This document shows, in pieces, positions 1 to 10,858 of a DNA stretch of 64,000 bases. How positions within the stretch are numbered: position 1 is the first letter of the stretch; each line of letters starts with the position of its first letter. Location of the stretch: the NCBI RefSeq assembly GCF_014859355.1, contig NZ_JACUUJ010000002.1, positions 77,115 to 141,114 of the forward strand. Direction: 5' to 3'. Source of the stretch: Yoonia sp. (GTDB lineage Bacteria; Pseudomonadota; Alphaproteobacteria; Rhodobacterales; Rhodobacteraceae). A program made the translations under genes and the position numbers. The notes beneath the pieces were generated by a model that was not told the origin of the DNA, did not search any database, and was given only the letters and a program-made list of their open reading frames with translations.

Positions 1-2074
<2,074 letters not shown>

Positions 2075-2192
2075 TTAAAAAAAGACTAGGCGAACAGGTG
2101 ATTCGCAGTCAATCCCCTGATTCGTCGATTTTGGTCGGAATGGTGTCATTACACTGCTTTTATCCGCTTTTCTTGCGTCGGGCGTACAGCGA

Positions 2193-4343
2193 TCAGAAGG
2201 TCATCTTGAAACCGATCAGTGCGCTGCTTTCGTTTCTGCCTGTGACATGGCCCTGATTGACAGCGTGAACGCCTTCAAACACAGTTTCCCAGTTGCGCCC
2301 AAGCGGTATCTGATAGGACAGGTTCAGGTTGGTTTGTCGGCTTGGCGGGCTTAGACCGAAGGCGATGTCATCATGATTGAAACCATCAGCCGACCGTGAG
2401 ACGGGCAGGTTGATGGACGCCGAACCACCAGTAACGACCGTGGGGCGCGACAGGCCAAGCGTCATGCGATCGCCTTTGGAAAACAGGTTGCGATGGCCAA
2501 AGTCGACCCGCAGGCTGTTGAACGAAATTGCCGTGACATCCTGCAAGAAAGTGCTGCGCACCGATGTGGCATGACCCGCGTAGCCGTGGATGCTAAAAAA
2601 GGTGTCATCAGTCAGCGATGACATCATCGCCATTTCGACCGCCAGTGCATCCGTGCCCGTGCCTTGGTCTTGAGGGCTGGAAAGGCCGAGAAGTGCGCCG
2701 TTGTCGTGGATCGCGGCGACCCCCAGGCTGAACCGGCTGTTTCCGCTTGTGAACGTCCGCGCGACTGACAGCCCCACGGCGCTGTCGCTGCTGTCTTCGA
2801 CTGGAACCGCGATGGTCGAGGTCAAGCCGGTCTGATCGTCGTGCCACTGCATGATCTGGTGGGCCTGATCGTAGACCATGCCGGTGATGGGCGGTGCGGC
2901 GACGCGCATCTGGGCAAGGTCGCTGCCCAGCAACTGTTCAAGCTTGCCATCCAGCAAGGGGGGCGCATCCGTGGTCGCCACCAGTGCATCCGCCGGCATC
3001 AGGAAACCGCCGCCCAGACTATCGGCCACCACAACCGAATGGCGTGACAGGGTCTGTGCCACGGCATTCCCCGTTGCCGCGCCGGTTACGATCATCGGGG
3101 CGTCGGTTGATCGTATCGTGCCATCGGCGAGTCGGACCGCCGTTTGACCGATGGGCAGAAGCGCGGCACGGATATCCAGAAACCCGTGACCGAATTCGTC
3201 ACTGTAGCCATGCCAAAAACCGCTGGCCAGTTCGACTGTCGCGTCAGGTGCGAAAAAGGAATTATCGGCTGACGCCAGCAAACGAAGGCGCAGGTCATGC
3301 GGATGAAGATCCGGAAACGCCTCGCCCAGCAGGGCGAGCGCGCCCGACACCTGCGGTGCAGCAAAGGATGTGCCAATCACGAAATCATAGGCCGTGTCCG
3401 ATGATGCGCTTGCGGCAGTCCAGCTTCCGTCGGCGACCAGACACCAACGCGCCGCCTCATGACAGGGGGCCGATATACGGGTGACCGACTGTATCTTGTC
3501 ATCGTCAAAGCCGGGTACGCCGCTGATCACAGCAAGCCACCCCGGTTCAAGTGCGGGGCGCAGCAGTGGCAAGGCTTCCATCAATGTTGCTGTTGTCCCG
3601 TCAACATTGTTCGAGGCCGCAAAAACGACAACGCCATCTGCTGTATATGTATCAAGTGCGGACAGATAAGCGGCCCCGTCCGCACTGCCAAAAGTTTGGT
3701 TGAAGCTGGACGAATTGATTTTTGAAATGGGGTATCCCCATGAATTGTTCTGCGCCACCGCGCCAAGCCGCGCCGCTTCTTGCGTGGCAGATGCCATTGC
3801 GGCAAGGTTGGCAAACGACCCGAACGCAAGGTCTGCGCCGGGCGCAATGCCGATCATGGTTGCGGAATTGCCCGCGATGACCGACGCGACTTGCGTGCCG
3901 TGATCAGTGACATCCAGTGATGATTGCGGCAATTCAAGCGCCTTGCCGGCGAATGCTTCATGCGTTGTCAGAAACCCGCTATCCACCACAGATACGGTTT
4001 GCCCGCGTCCTGTCAGCCCGATCGCATGCGCATATTCCGCCCGTGCTGCGGCAAGCGGATAACTGTCGTATTTCGGAATTGCGGATTTTCCAAAGCTCCA
4101 TGAGTTGCGTTGTCGTGTATAACGCGGATCCTCTTCGCGGAGCTGGGTCGCGATAACGTTCTGCGTATCCGTGAAGGTTTCCAGATAGAAAACTGACAAG
4201 ACCTCTGACGCGGCTGTCGCGAAATCTGTGAGTGACGGCGCGAATGCGTCATCATCGCCGTCCTGACAGGCTGCGACCAGCATGCCAAGTGCAAGAAGAC
4301 TCAATCGGCCAAAAGCCACATTGCACCCTTTTTTTCGCATCAT
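2193..4343 (-). CDS. subtilisin-like (S8) serine protease autotransporter, probable lipoprotein
   Basis: 716-aa ORF. Signal peptide ends in the lipobox-like LVAAC. Subtilase triad motifs are present: VVDSGF (Asp), HGTQVASVIAG (His) and GTSFAAPQVSGALALL (Ser). The C-terminal ~270 aa are beta-strand-like and end in ...IGFKMTF, the terminal aromatic typical of an outer-membrane barrel. Confidence 0.8.
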   Translation of the reverse strand: MMRKKGCNVAFGRLSLLALGMLVAACQDGDDDAFAPSLTDFATAASEVLSVFYLETFTDTQNVIATQLREEDPRYTRQRNSWSFGKSAIPKYDSYPLAAARAEYAHAIGLTGRGQTVSVVDSGFLTTHEAFAGKALELPQSSLDVTDHGTQVASVIAGNSATMIGIAPGADLAFGSFANLAAMASATQEAARLGAVAQNNSWGYPISKINSSSFNQTFGSADGAAYLSALDTYTADGVVVFAASNNVDGTTATLMEALPLLRPALEPGWLAVISGVPGFDDDKIQSVTRISAPCHEAARWCLVADGSWTAASASSDTAYDFVIGTSFAAPQVSGALALLGEAFPDLHPHDLRLRLLASADNSFFAPDATVELASGFWHGYSDEFGHGFLDIRAALLPIGQTAVRLADGTIRSTDAPMIVTGAATGNAVAQTLSRHSVVVADSLGGGFLMPADALVATTDAPPLLDGKLEQLLGSDLAQMRVAAPPITGMVYDQAHQIMQWHDDQTGLTSTIAVPVEDSSDSAVGLSVARTFTSGNSRFSLGVAAIHDNGALLGLSSPQDQGTGTDALAVEMAMMSSLTDDTFFSIHGYAGHATSVRSTFLQDVTAISFNSLRVDFGHRNLFSKGDRMTLGLSRPTVVTGGSASINLPVSRSADGFNHDDIAFGLSPPSRQTNLNLSYQIPLGRNWETVFEGVHAVNQGHVTGRNESSALIGFKMTF

Positions 4344-4612
4344 TGTTTTACCGAGTCGCTATGGGGCGAAGTAGCCCGGTGGCGCGAAAAAATCCATCAT
4401 ATCCGATTTTGTGTTGCAAAAGTGTCAACAGTTCGGCGCGATTGTGACGGATTTGTGCGGTATCGCTCATATCTCAGTGCGCCACAGTCAAGATGCAATC
4501 TGAGGCGACACCTGTGTGGCGCAGCAAATGCCTTGTCTGCAAAGCGAGCGAGGACACAGCAGAAAGAATTGTCTACTCGTCGCGGGGGCGGACCTGCTCT
4601 AGCATTTGACGC

Positions 4613-5161
4613 ATGGTTTTGGAGCTGATTCTTTTAGGCGTTGTCATTGGTGCAAATAACTTTGCGACCGCCTTGATGCTGGGCGCGCTTGGCCACCACA
4701 AGAAGCGTTGGCGCATCATCATCACCTTTGCGATGTTCGAATTCTGGGTGCCCCTTATCGGCCTGTGGATTGGCCGCACGATTGCCACGCTGGTGGCATT
4801 TCAGGTTGGATGGATCGGCCCTGTTCTGTTGGCATGTCTGGGTGTTTGGATGCTGACCCAAGCGGGCCGCCAGTCGGCCGATGATCGGATCAAGGCAAAA
4901 GCTCTGACCGGTTGGGGTGGGCTTCTTGCGCTTTCAGCCTTGCTGAGCCTTGATAACCTGATCATCGGCTTCAGCCTTGGTTTCAGCGACATTCCTGCCT
5001 TGGTCGTGGCTGTGGTGATCATGATGTTTTCGGTTGCTTTTTCCTGGATCGGACTGAAACTTGGGAACAGGGCCAAGGGCTATTACGCGACATTGGCCGA
5101 AATTGGCTGTGCGCTGCTTTTGCTGGGCATGGCAGGGGTGAGCCTGTCTGGCCGAGTGTGA
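4613..5161 (+). CDS. mntP: MntP/DUF204-family putative manganese efflux pump
   Basis: 182-aa ORF with ATG start. Multi-pass hydrophobic protein with an internal duplication (GANNFATAL... and LDNLIIGFSLG...) typical of MntP-type exporters. Confidence 0.65.
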   Translation: MVLELILLGVVIGANNFATALMLGALGHHKKRWRIIITFAMFEFWVPLIGLWIGRTIATLVAFQVGWIGPVLLACLGVWMLTQAGRQSADDRIKAKALTGWGGLLALSALLSLDNLIIGFSLGFSDIPALVVAVVIMMFSVAFSWIGLKLGNRAKGYYATLAEIGCALLLLGMAGVSLSGRV

Positions 5162-5283
5162 TATTAATCCGGGCAAAGGGTTTGTGGTTTGATGTCGGTT
5201 AATGTGCCGGCTGTCTGTCTGGGTGATCAAAGAAACTGAATGGGTCTTTGCGCGGTTTGGCGCACCCTGTGATGAGGACGCGC

Positions 5284-7152
5284 ATGCCGGAAAAAAACCA
5301 TAAAACACTGGGAAAGCAACCAAGTGCAGCACCTGAACCCGCTGTGCTACCACTGCCTGTCGCCGAAGAATCGCGTTCAGGGCTGGATGCTGAGCCCCCT
5401 GAAATTGTGCGAAACCTTCCCTTTGATACGCCGGATCGTTACAGCACGAAAAGTCTTGACCGGGCGGCAAATGCGCATCTGGCCCGCTTCACTTTGGGCA
5501 TTTCCCCCTATGGGCTGACGTCAACATGGGTGGCGTGGTGGACGCATCTGGCAGGGTCGCCGGGCAAACAGTTGCAGTTGATCGAAAAAGCGACCCGCAA
5601 AGCGATGCGTCTTGCGGTGCATGCGGGTGAACTTGCCCGCTATCCTGATGCGGCACCTTGTATTGAACCCTTGCCCCACGACCACCGGTTTGATCACGAC
5701 GCCTGGCACAAATGGCCGCATAATCTGATGTACCAAGGTTTTTTGCTGACGCAGCAGTGGTGGTATAATGCGGCGAGCGATATTGACGGGCTTAGCACAC
5801 GCGAAGAACAGGTTATTTCTTTTGTCAGCCGTCAGCTATTGGATATGGTATCGCCTTCCAACTTTGTGGTCACAAACCCTGAGGTTGCCGCTGCTACACT
5901 TCGCGAAGGGGGGGCGAACCTGCTACGCGGCTTTCAGAACTTTCTGGAAGATTGGGAGCGTGCAATTTCCGGCAAACTTCCTCTTGGCACGGAAAATTTC
6001 AGGCCTGGTCACGCGGTCGCGGTGACGCCGGGCAAGGTTGTTTTCCGCAATCGGTTGATTGAGCTGATCCAATATACCCCCCAGACAACCAAGGTGAAAC
6101 CCGAACCTATCCTGATCATTCCCGCGTGGATCATGAAGTATTACATTCTTGATCTGAGCCCGCATAATTCGCTGGTCAAATACCTTGTCGCGCAGGGTTT
6201 CAGCGTGTTCATGATTTCATGGCGCAACCCCACGGCAGAAGACCGTGATCTGGGGATGTCGGATTATCTTGAGGCCGTGACAGAGGCTCTGGATGCCGTC
6301 AGCGCCATCGTCCCTGATGTGAAAATTCATGCGGTGGGATATTGCCTTGGCGGCACATTGATGGCGGCAAAAGCGGCGCAAATGGCGCGGGACCGCGATA
6401 ACCGCCTTGCCACATTGACACTTTTGGCGACGCAGACAGATTTCGAAGAACCCGGAGAGCTTCAGCTTTTTGTCAGCGAAAGCGAGGTTGCCTATCTTGA
6501 GAACATGATGTGGGATCAGGGCTATCTGGACACAAAGCAAATGGCGAGCGCATTTCAATTGCTGCGCTCGGCTGATCTGATCTGGTCGCGTTATGTGCAT
6601 GAATACCTGATGGGCAGCCGGCAAGAAATGTTCGACCTGATGGCATGGAATGCGGATGCGACACGGATGCCGTATCGGATGCACAGCGAATATTTGCGCA
6701 AAATGTATCTGGGCAATGAACTGGCCGAGGGAAAGTATATGATCGACGGCAAACCCGTCACCGTGCGCAATATCCGGGTGCCGATTTTCTGTGTCTCAAC
6801 CTTGACCGATCACGTGGCCCCATGGCCGTCAGTTTACAAACTGCATTTGCTTGCAGATACGCAGATCACGTTTGTTTTGACCACCGGAGGTCATAACGCG
6901 GGGATCGTGAATGAACCGGGACGAGAGGGCCGGAGCTATCAATTATGCACGACTGAAAAAGGTGAAACATACGTCGCGCCAGAAGATTGGCAGGCGGCTG
7001 TCGATCGCCAGCAAGGGTCATGGTGGCCTGCGTTTGTCACGTGGTTGTCAGACCGATCCGGCACCCCGGTCACCCCGCCGCGCATCGGGGCAAGCAAAGG
7101 GCGCTATCGCCCGATTGATAATGCGCCGGGGTCGTATGTCTTGCAGCGATGA
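5284..7152 (+). CDS. phaC: class I poly(R)-hydroxyalkanoate synthase
   Basis: ORF 5248..7152. Lipase-box GYCLGG with the catalytic Cys, an alpha/beta-hydrolase C-terminal half and a PhaC-type N-terminal half. Start set at ATG 5284 (GAGGA lies 5 nt upstream); TTG 5248 or ATG 5272 are also possible. Confidence 0.85.
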   Translation: MPEKNHKTLGKQPSAAPEPAVLPLPVAEESRSGLDAEPPEIVRNLPFDTPDRYSTKSLDRAANAHLARFTLGISPYGLTSTWVAWWTHLAGSPGKQLQLIEKATRKAMRLAVHAGELARYPDAAPCIEPLPHDHRFDHDAWHKWPHNLMYQGFLLTQQWWYNAASDIDGLSTREEQVISFVSRQLLDMVSPSNFVVTNPEVAAATLREGGANLLRGFQNFLEDWERAISGKLPLGTENFRPGHAVAVTPGKVVFRNRLIELIQYTPQTTKVKPEPILIIPAWIMKYYILDLSPHNSLVKYLVAQGFSVFMISWRNPTAEDRDLGMSDYLEAVTEALDAVSAIVPDVKIHAVGYCLGGTLMAAKAAQMARDRDNRLATLTLLATQTDFEEPGELQLFVSESEVAYLENMMWDQGYLDTKQMASAFQLLRSADLIWSRYVHEYLMGSRQEMFDLMAWNADATRMPYRMHSEYLRKMYLGNELAEGKYMIDGKPVTVRNIRVPIFCVSTLTDHVAPWPSVYKLHLLADTQITFVLTTGGHNAGIVNEPGREGRSYQLCTTEKGETYVAPEDWQAAVDRQQGSWWPAFVTWLSDRSGTPVTPPRIGASKGRYRPIDNAPGSYVLQR

Positions 7153-7173
7153 CGCTTTATTTGGGTGACTGCG

Positions 7174-7563
7174 TCAAAGCAAACCCTCTTCTTCCAACAC
7201 TTTACGGGCGGCGCGAAAACATTCGATCGCTTGTGGCACACCGCAGTAAATGCCGATCACGTGGATGATGGCGCGGATTTCATCAACCGAAACGCCATTG
7301 TTCAGCGCGCCGCGGCAGTGAAGTTCCCATTCGTGCATTTTGCCAAGCGCACCGAGCATAGACAGGTTCATCATCGAACGGGTCTTTGCGTCGATCACGC
7401 CGTCACCCCAGCCAAACCCCCAGCACCAGGCTGTCATCGCTTCCTGAAACGGACGGTTGAAATCATCGGCGGCAGCAAGGTTGGTTTCGACATAACCCGC
7501 GCCAAGCGTCGCCTTGCGTTGTTCCAGCCCTTTTTTGAAAAGGTCTTCATCAAAAATGGTCAT
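7174..7563 (-). CDS. carboxymuconolactone decarboxylase family protein (PcaC-like)
   Basis: 129-aa ORF. WGFGWGDGVIDAKTRSMMNLSMLGALGKMHEWELHCRGALNNGVSVDEIRAIIHVIGIYCGVP matches the CMD/AhpD-like family pattern. Confidence 0.75.
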   Translation of the reverse strand: MTIFDEDLFKKGLEQRKATLGAGYVETNLAAADDFNRPFQEAMTAWCWGFGWGDGVIDAKTRSMMNLSMLGALGKMHEWELHCRGALNNGVSVDEIRAIIHVIGIYCGVPQAIECFRAARKVLEEEGLL

Positions 7564-7655
7564 GCGGTCCTCGGCTTTGGCTGTTGCTTTGGCCTATGAT
7601 GTCGCACATGCCGATGCGTGGGTAAAGATGCTGCCATCGCCCTGATATGGCCGCC

Positions 7656-7970
7656 TTAAAGCGCCAGTTCACCACCGCGCCGGGCCTTCATATCCAGCAG
7701 CACAGGAAACGGGCGAAAGATCTGATCGGGGATCGTGCGGTTGGATTTGGGCAGGCAGGCAAAGACGGTTTCAAGGTTTTCCTGCACGCTCATCAACGGG
7801 AAAATCTTGCGGTCTTGGGGAACATAGGCGATGCCGGCCCGCGCGGCGGCAAAGGCGGTGGGGTGATCAAGCATTTGCCCGCTTACTGACCGGCAGCCAC
7901 CGGAATAGGGGTGCCGCCCCGATATCGCCTTGAAAAGGCTGGTTTTGCCCATACCGTTGGGGCCGATCAC
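7656..7970 (-). pseudogene. truncated urea/branched-chain-type ABC ATPase remnant (urtD/urtE-like)
   Basis: 104-aa fragment with Walker A IGPNGMGKTS and GIAYVPQDRKIFPLMSVQENL. It stops at ...RRGGELAL just before the expected ABC signature. Walker B and the H-loop are missing, and no second ATPase gene is present. Confidence 0.6.
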
Positions 7971-8971
7971 GGCGCGTAATTCGGGTTCACAAATCTGTCC
8001 ATTGGATTGTGTAAAAAAGCAAGGTTGATCGCCGGTGCGTCGCCGCCGGTGAACCAGTTGGACAAAAGCGCAACAAACGTCGCGCCGCTGGCCGTGCCAT
8101 AAAGCCGCCCGCGCCCGCCGATGGCGACCCAGACAGCAAGGTAGATCGACGCGATCGGCGCGATTTCAGCGGGGTTGATGATGCCTGGTTGGGGATAATA
8201 CAGCGCGCCCGCAACCCCGGCGACCATCGCTTTCAGGGTAAAAATGAACAGTTTGTAGCGTTCGACATGATACCCAAGAAACCGGACGCGCGCTTCGTTA
8301 TCGCGGATCGTCTTGTTCACGCCGCCGAATTTACCTGACGCGACCCATGCGCACAGCAGATACCCCAATGCCAATGCCAATGCCAATGCCAACGCCAGCG
8401 CAGAGGCGTAAAAGAAGGCCAGCGAAATCGTGGATTGCGGTGGCTATTCAAAGCCGGGGATGTTCTGCAGCCCCGACAGGCCGTTGTTGCCGCGCAAGCC
8501 GCTGTCATTCTGGAACTGGTAAAGCGCCAGCGCCAGTGTGCCTGCCTGTGTCAGGATCGACTGGTAAACCCCGGTGACCCGGCTGCGGAAGGCATGCCAG
8601 CCAACGACCAGTGCCAGCAGCCCCGGCACCAGCACCACTATCAGCAATTGCAATGGCAGGCTGTCGGCAAAGGCCCAGAGCCTTGGAAATTCGGAACTGC
8701 CAACCACCCCGAAAATCTGGTTTCCGATGGCATAGCCGCCAACCCCGAAAAAGGCGAAATGCCCAAGACTGGGAATGCCACAATATCCAAACACCACGTC
8801 CATTGCGATGGCGACAAGACACAGGCAGAGTGTTTTGCCCAATGTTTTCACAAATGACGTGGAAATAACACCGATGCCTGTCTCTGAGAGCATCGTCACG
8901 CCGATAATGAATAGGCTGAGCGCCACAAGTAACCACAAGGTTGATGGGTTGCGCATCAAAAAACTTTTCAT
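7967..8971 (-). pseudogene. urtC: urea ABC transporter permease relic (urtC-like), frameshifted and C-terminally fused or deleted
   Basis: Two ORF pieces, 8444..9052 (MKSFLMRNPSTLWLL... from 8971) and 7967..8392 (...IRDNEARVRFLGYHVERYKLFIFTL...GIINPAEI...), lie in different frames. The C-terminus runs directly into the ATPase remnant. Confidence 0.6.
8365..8394. repeat. hexanucleotide microsatellite (CCAATG)x4 plus one CCAACG, inside the urtC relic
   Basis: Read directly: ccaatgccaatgccaatgccaatgccaacg. On the minus strand it encodes the ALALALAL run at the start of ORF 7967..8392. Confidence 0.9.
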
Positions 8972-9024
8972 GAAATGGGCCTTTGTTGGGCGAGGTTTTG
9001 CGCCGCGCGATGCGCGTCGCCAAG

Positions 9025-9081
9025 CTGGAGGGGTTTCACCCCTCCAGACCACCCCAAGGTATTTTTGAACAAAAGAAGGGG
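9025..9081 (+). repeat. intergenic hairpin-plus-tail module, copy inside the urt relic
   Basis: Perfect hairpin ctggagggg-tttca-cccctccag, then accaccccaaGGTATTTTTGAACAAAAGAAGGGG. The tail matches 57425-57448 at 22 of 24 positions. Confidence 0.6.
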
Positions 9082-9088
9082 TATGCGT

Positions 9089-9712
9089 CTAATCCGCGGC
9101 GGCGCGGCCTTTGAGGGCGACGATGCCCTTGGGCCGGAACTGGATAAAAAGAATGATGAAGATGATCATGAAGGTTTGCGCGGCAAGGGTGTTGGACGGG
9201 TTGAACCATTCGATCCCCTTTTGCAAAAAGCCGATCAGTGAAGCGCCCGCCAGTGTGCCCCAGACGTTGCCAACGCCGCCTACCACGACTGTCATGAAGG
9301 ATTACACGATATAATCCGCGCCCGTTTCAGAAGTGACTTTGGCATAAACTCCGATCGCCACGCCTGTAATTCCAGCGATGCCGGACCCCAGCCCGAAGGT
9401 CAGCAGGTTGATCCCCATGGAGGCCGCCATGCCGGGATTCTGGGTGACGGGGCGCACTTCCAACCCGAGGCGCGTCCGTTTGAGAATGTAGATGATCAGC
9501 GCCAGCACAAAAATCGCAACCCGGATATAGCTGATCTGGAGGATCTCGCTGAACACCAATGCGCCGTCCAGCCATGCGGGTGATGTCAGGGGGAGGGCCT
9601 GTGTGCCAAAGATATTTTTCGCCAGTTGTTGCAGCGCGATCGAAATGCCGAATGTCGCCAGCAGAGTTTCCAGTGGCCGGTGGTACAGGTGGCGGATAAC
9701 CAGCCGTTCCAT
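9089..9712 (-). pseudogene. urtB: urea ABC transporter permease relic (urtB-like), N-terminally truncated and frameshifted
   Basis: Pieces 9302..9712 and 9089..9295 carry LivH/UrtB-like permease segments (...LGLEVRPVTQNPGMAASMGIN..., ...MTVVVGGVGNVWGTLAGASLIGF...). Together they give only about 200 aa, in two frames. Confidence 0.55.
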
Positions 9713-9737
9713 GGCAGCCTCCGCACCGCGGCGTGGT

Positions 9738-10665
9738 TCAGTAGTTGCATGTCAACTGCACGCAGGTTTGCGTTTCGGTGTTATACATCCCGCAACCAAG
9801 TGTCTGCCAATCCGAGATCAGCACAGCGCTTTCCGGCAGGAAATCTGTCCATGCGTCGCCGGGCACTTCGGTGGTTTGGCTGATGATGTCAAACTGCCCA
9901 TCGGCCTGAATTTCACCAATCAGCACCGGTTTGGCGAGGTGGTGGTTCGGCAGCATAACGGCCGTGCCATCGGTCAGATTTGGAAATTCCTGCCCGTACA
10001 TCGCGCTGCGCAAGTCATCGACAACGGTTGTGCCTGCCTTTATCACTGCGTTCGCCCACATGTTGAAACCGATATAATGCGCCTCCATCGGGTCGTTGGT
10101 AACGCGGTTTTCACCCATGAACGCCTTTCATGCGGCGATGAATTCCACGTTGGTGGGGTATCTGCGGACTGGAAATAGTTCGCCGCAGGAATCGCCTGCT
10201 GGTTCGGCGCGGCACCGGTGTAGAACACATTGCGCGCGCTTTCTTCGCCTTCATATTGCACAGGATAGAACAGCAGTCCGTTCAGTTCCTCGATTACCGG
10301 CAGCACGGATTTGTGATTGACGCTGGTCCAGTTGCCAAAGATCATGCCCACCTCGGATACGGTCAGCAATTCGCGAGCTATTTCGGCAAACAGCGGCCAG
10401 TCGGACACAGGGTCAAGTCGGACACAGGGTCAGCCACGACGGCCTCGATCTCGCAGTCCAAAAGATCGCCCGCCGCGTTTTGCTGTGCGATCAGCATCAG
10501 CATCACGTCTTTCAGCGTGGTTTCGGAAATGGCCATCGACCCTGACAGCGAATGCAGCATGCCGACCTTGATCGGGGCGGCGCAATCTTGTGCGGTGGCG
10601 ATACCAGTGGTGGCCAGCGAGGCCGCAAGCGCGGATGCACTGATAAATGTCTTATGTGGCATCAA
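9738..10665 (-). pseudogene. urtA: urea ABC transporter substrate-binding protein relic (urtA-like), multiple frameshifts
   Basis: Three overlapping ORF pieces in different frames: 10378..10665 (signal peptide plus KVGMLHSLSGSMAISE), 10043..10408 (...[13 protein letters not shown]...[12 protein letters not shown]) and 9738..10118 (...CVQLTCNY C-terminus). One break coincides with the 17-bp tandem duplication at 10400-10433. Confidence 0.6.
10400..10433. repeat. 17-bp tandem duplication inside the urtA relic
   Basis: gtcggacacagggtcaa followed immediately by gtcggacacagggtcag. It lies at the frame break between ORF pieces 10378..10665 and 10043..10408. Confidence 0.9.
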
Positions 10666-10858
10666 TATATGTTCCCGTTTTATCGCGGCGTTGCCCTATG
10701 AACGGTTCGACCGGCATGGTAACAGGGTGTCCGCAACAGTGATGTTGTCGCCGCGCAGCGTGTCTCAGGCTGCGGGCGCTCAATTCAGGCATAAATGCTG
10801 AATTGTAAATTTCAGCGCCGTCAAAACGGAAAATGCCAGTTCATAAGGCAGGGCAGAA

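Noticed and set aside
4344-4612. Possible yybP-ykoY (Mn) riboswitch in the 270-nt leader of the MntP-like gene
   Set aside because: I looked for the conserved GGGGAGUAG and paired 3' elements. I found only a loose GGGGCGAAGTAGCC at 4363-4376 and could not build the four-helix architecture by eye. It is unsupported unless cmsearch with RF00080 gives a significant hit.
8365-8394. Possible CRISPR-like or coding-repeat array
   Set aside because: The unit is only 6 nt with no spacers. It is a simple microsatellite inside a pseudogene.
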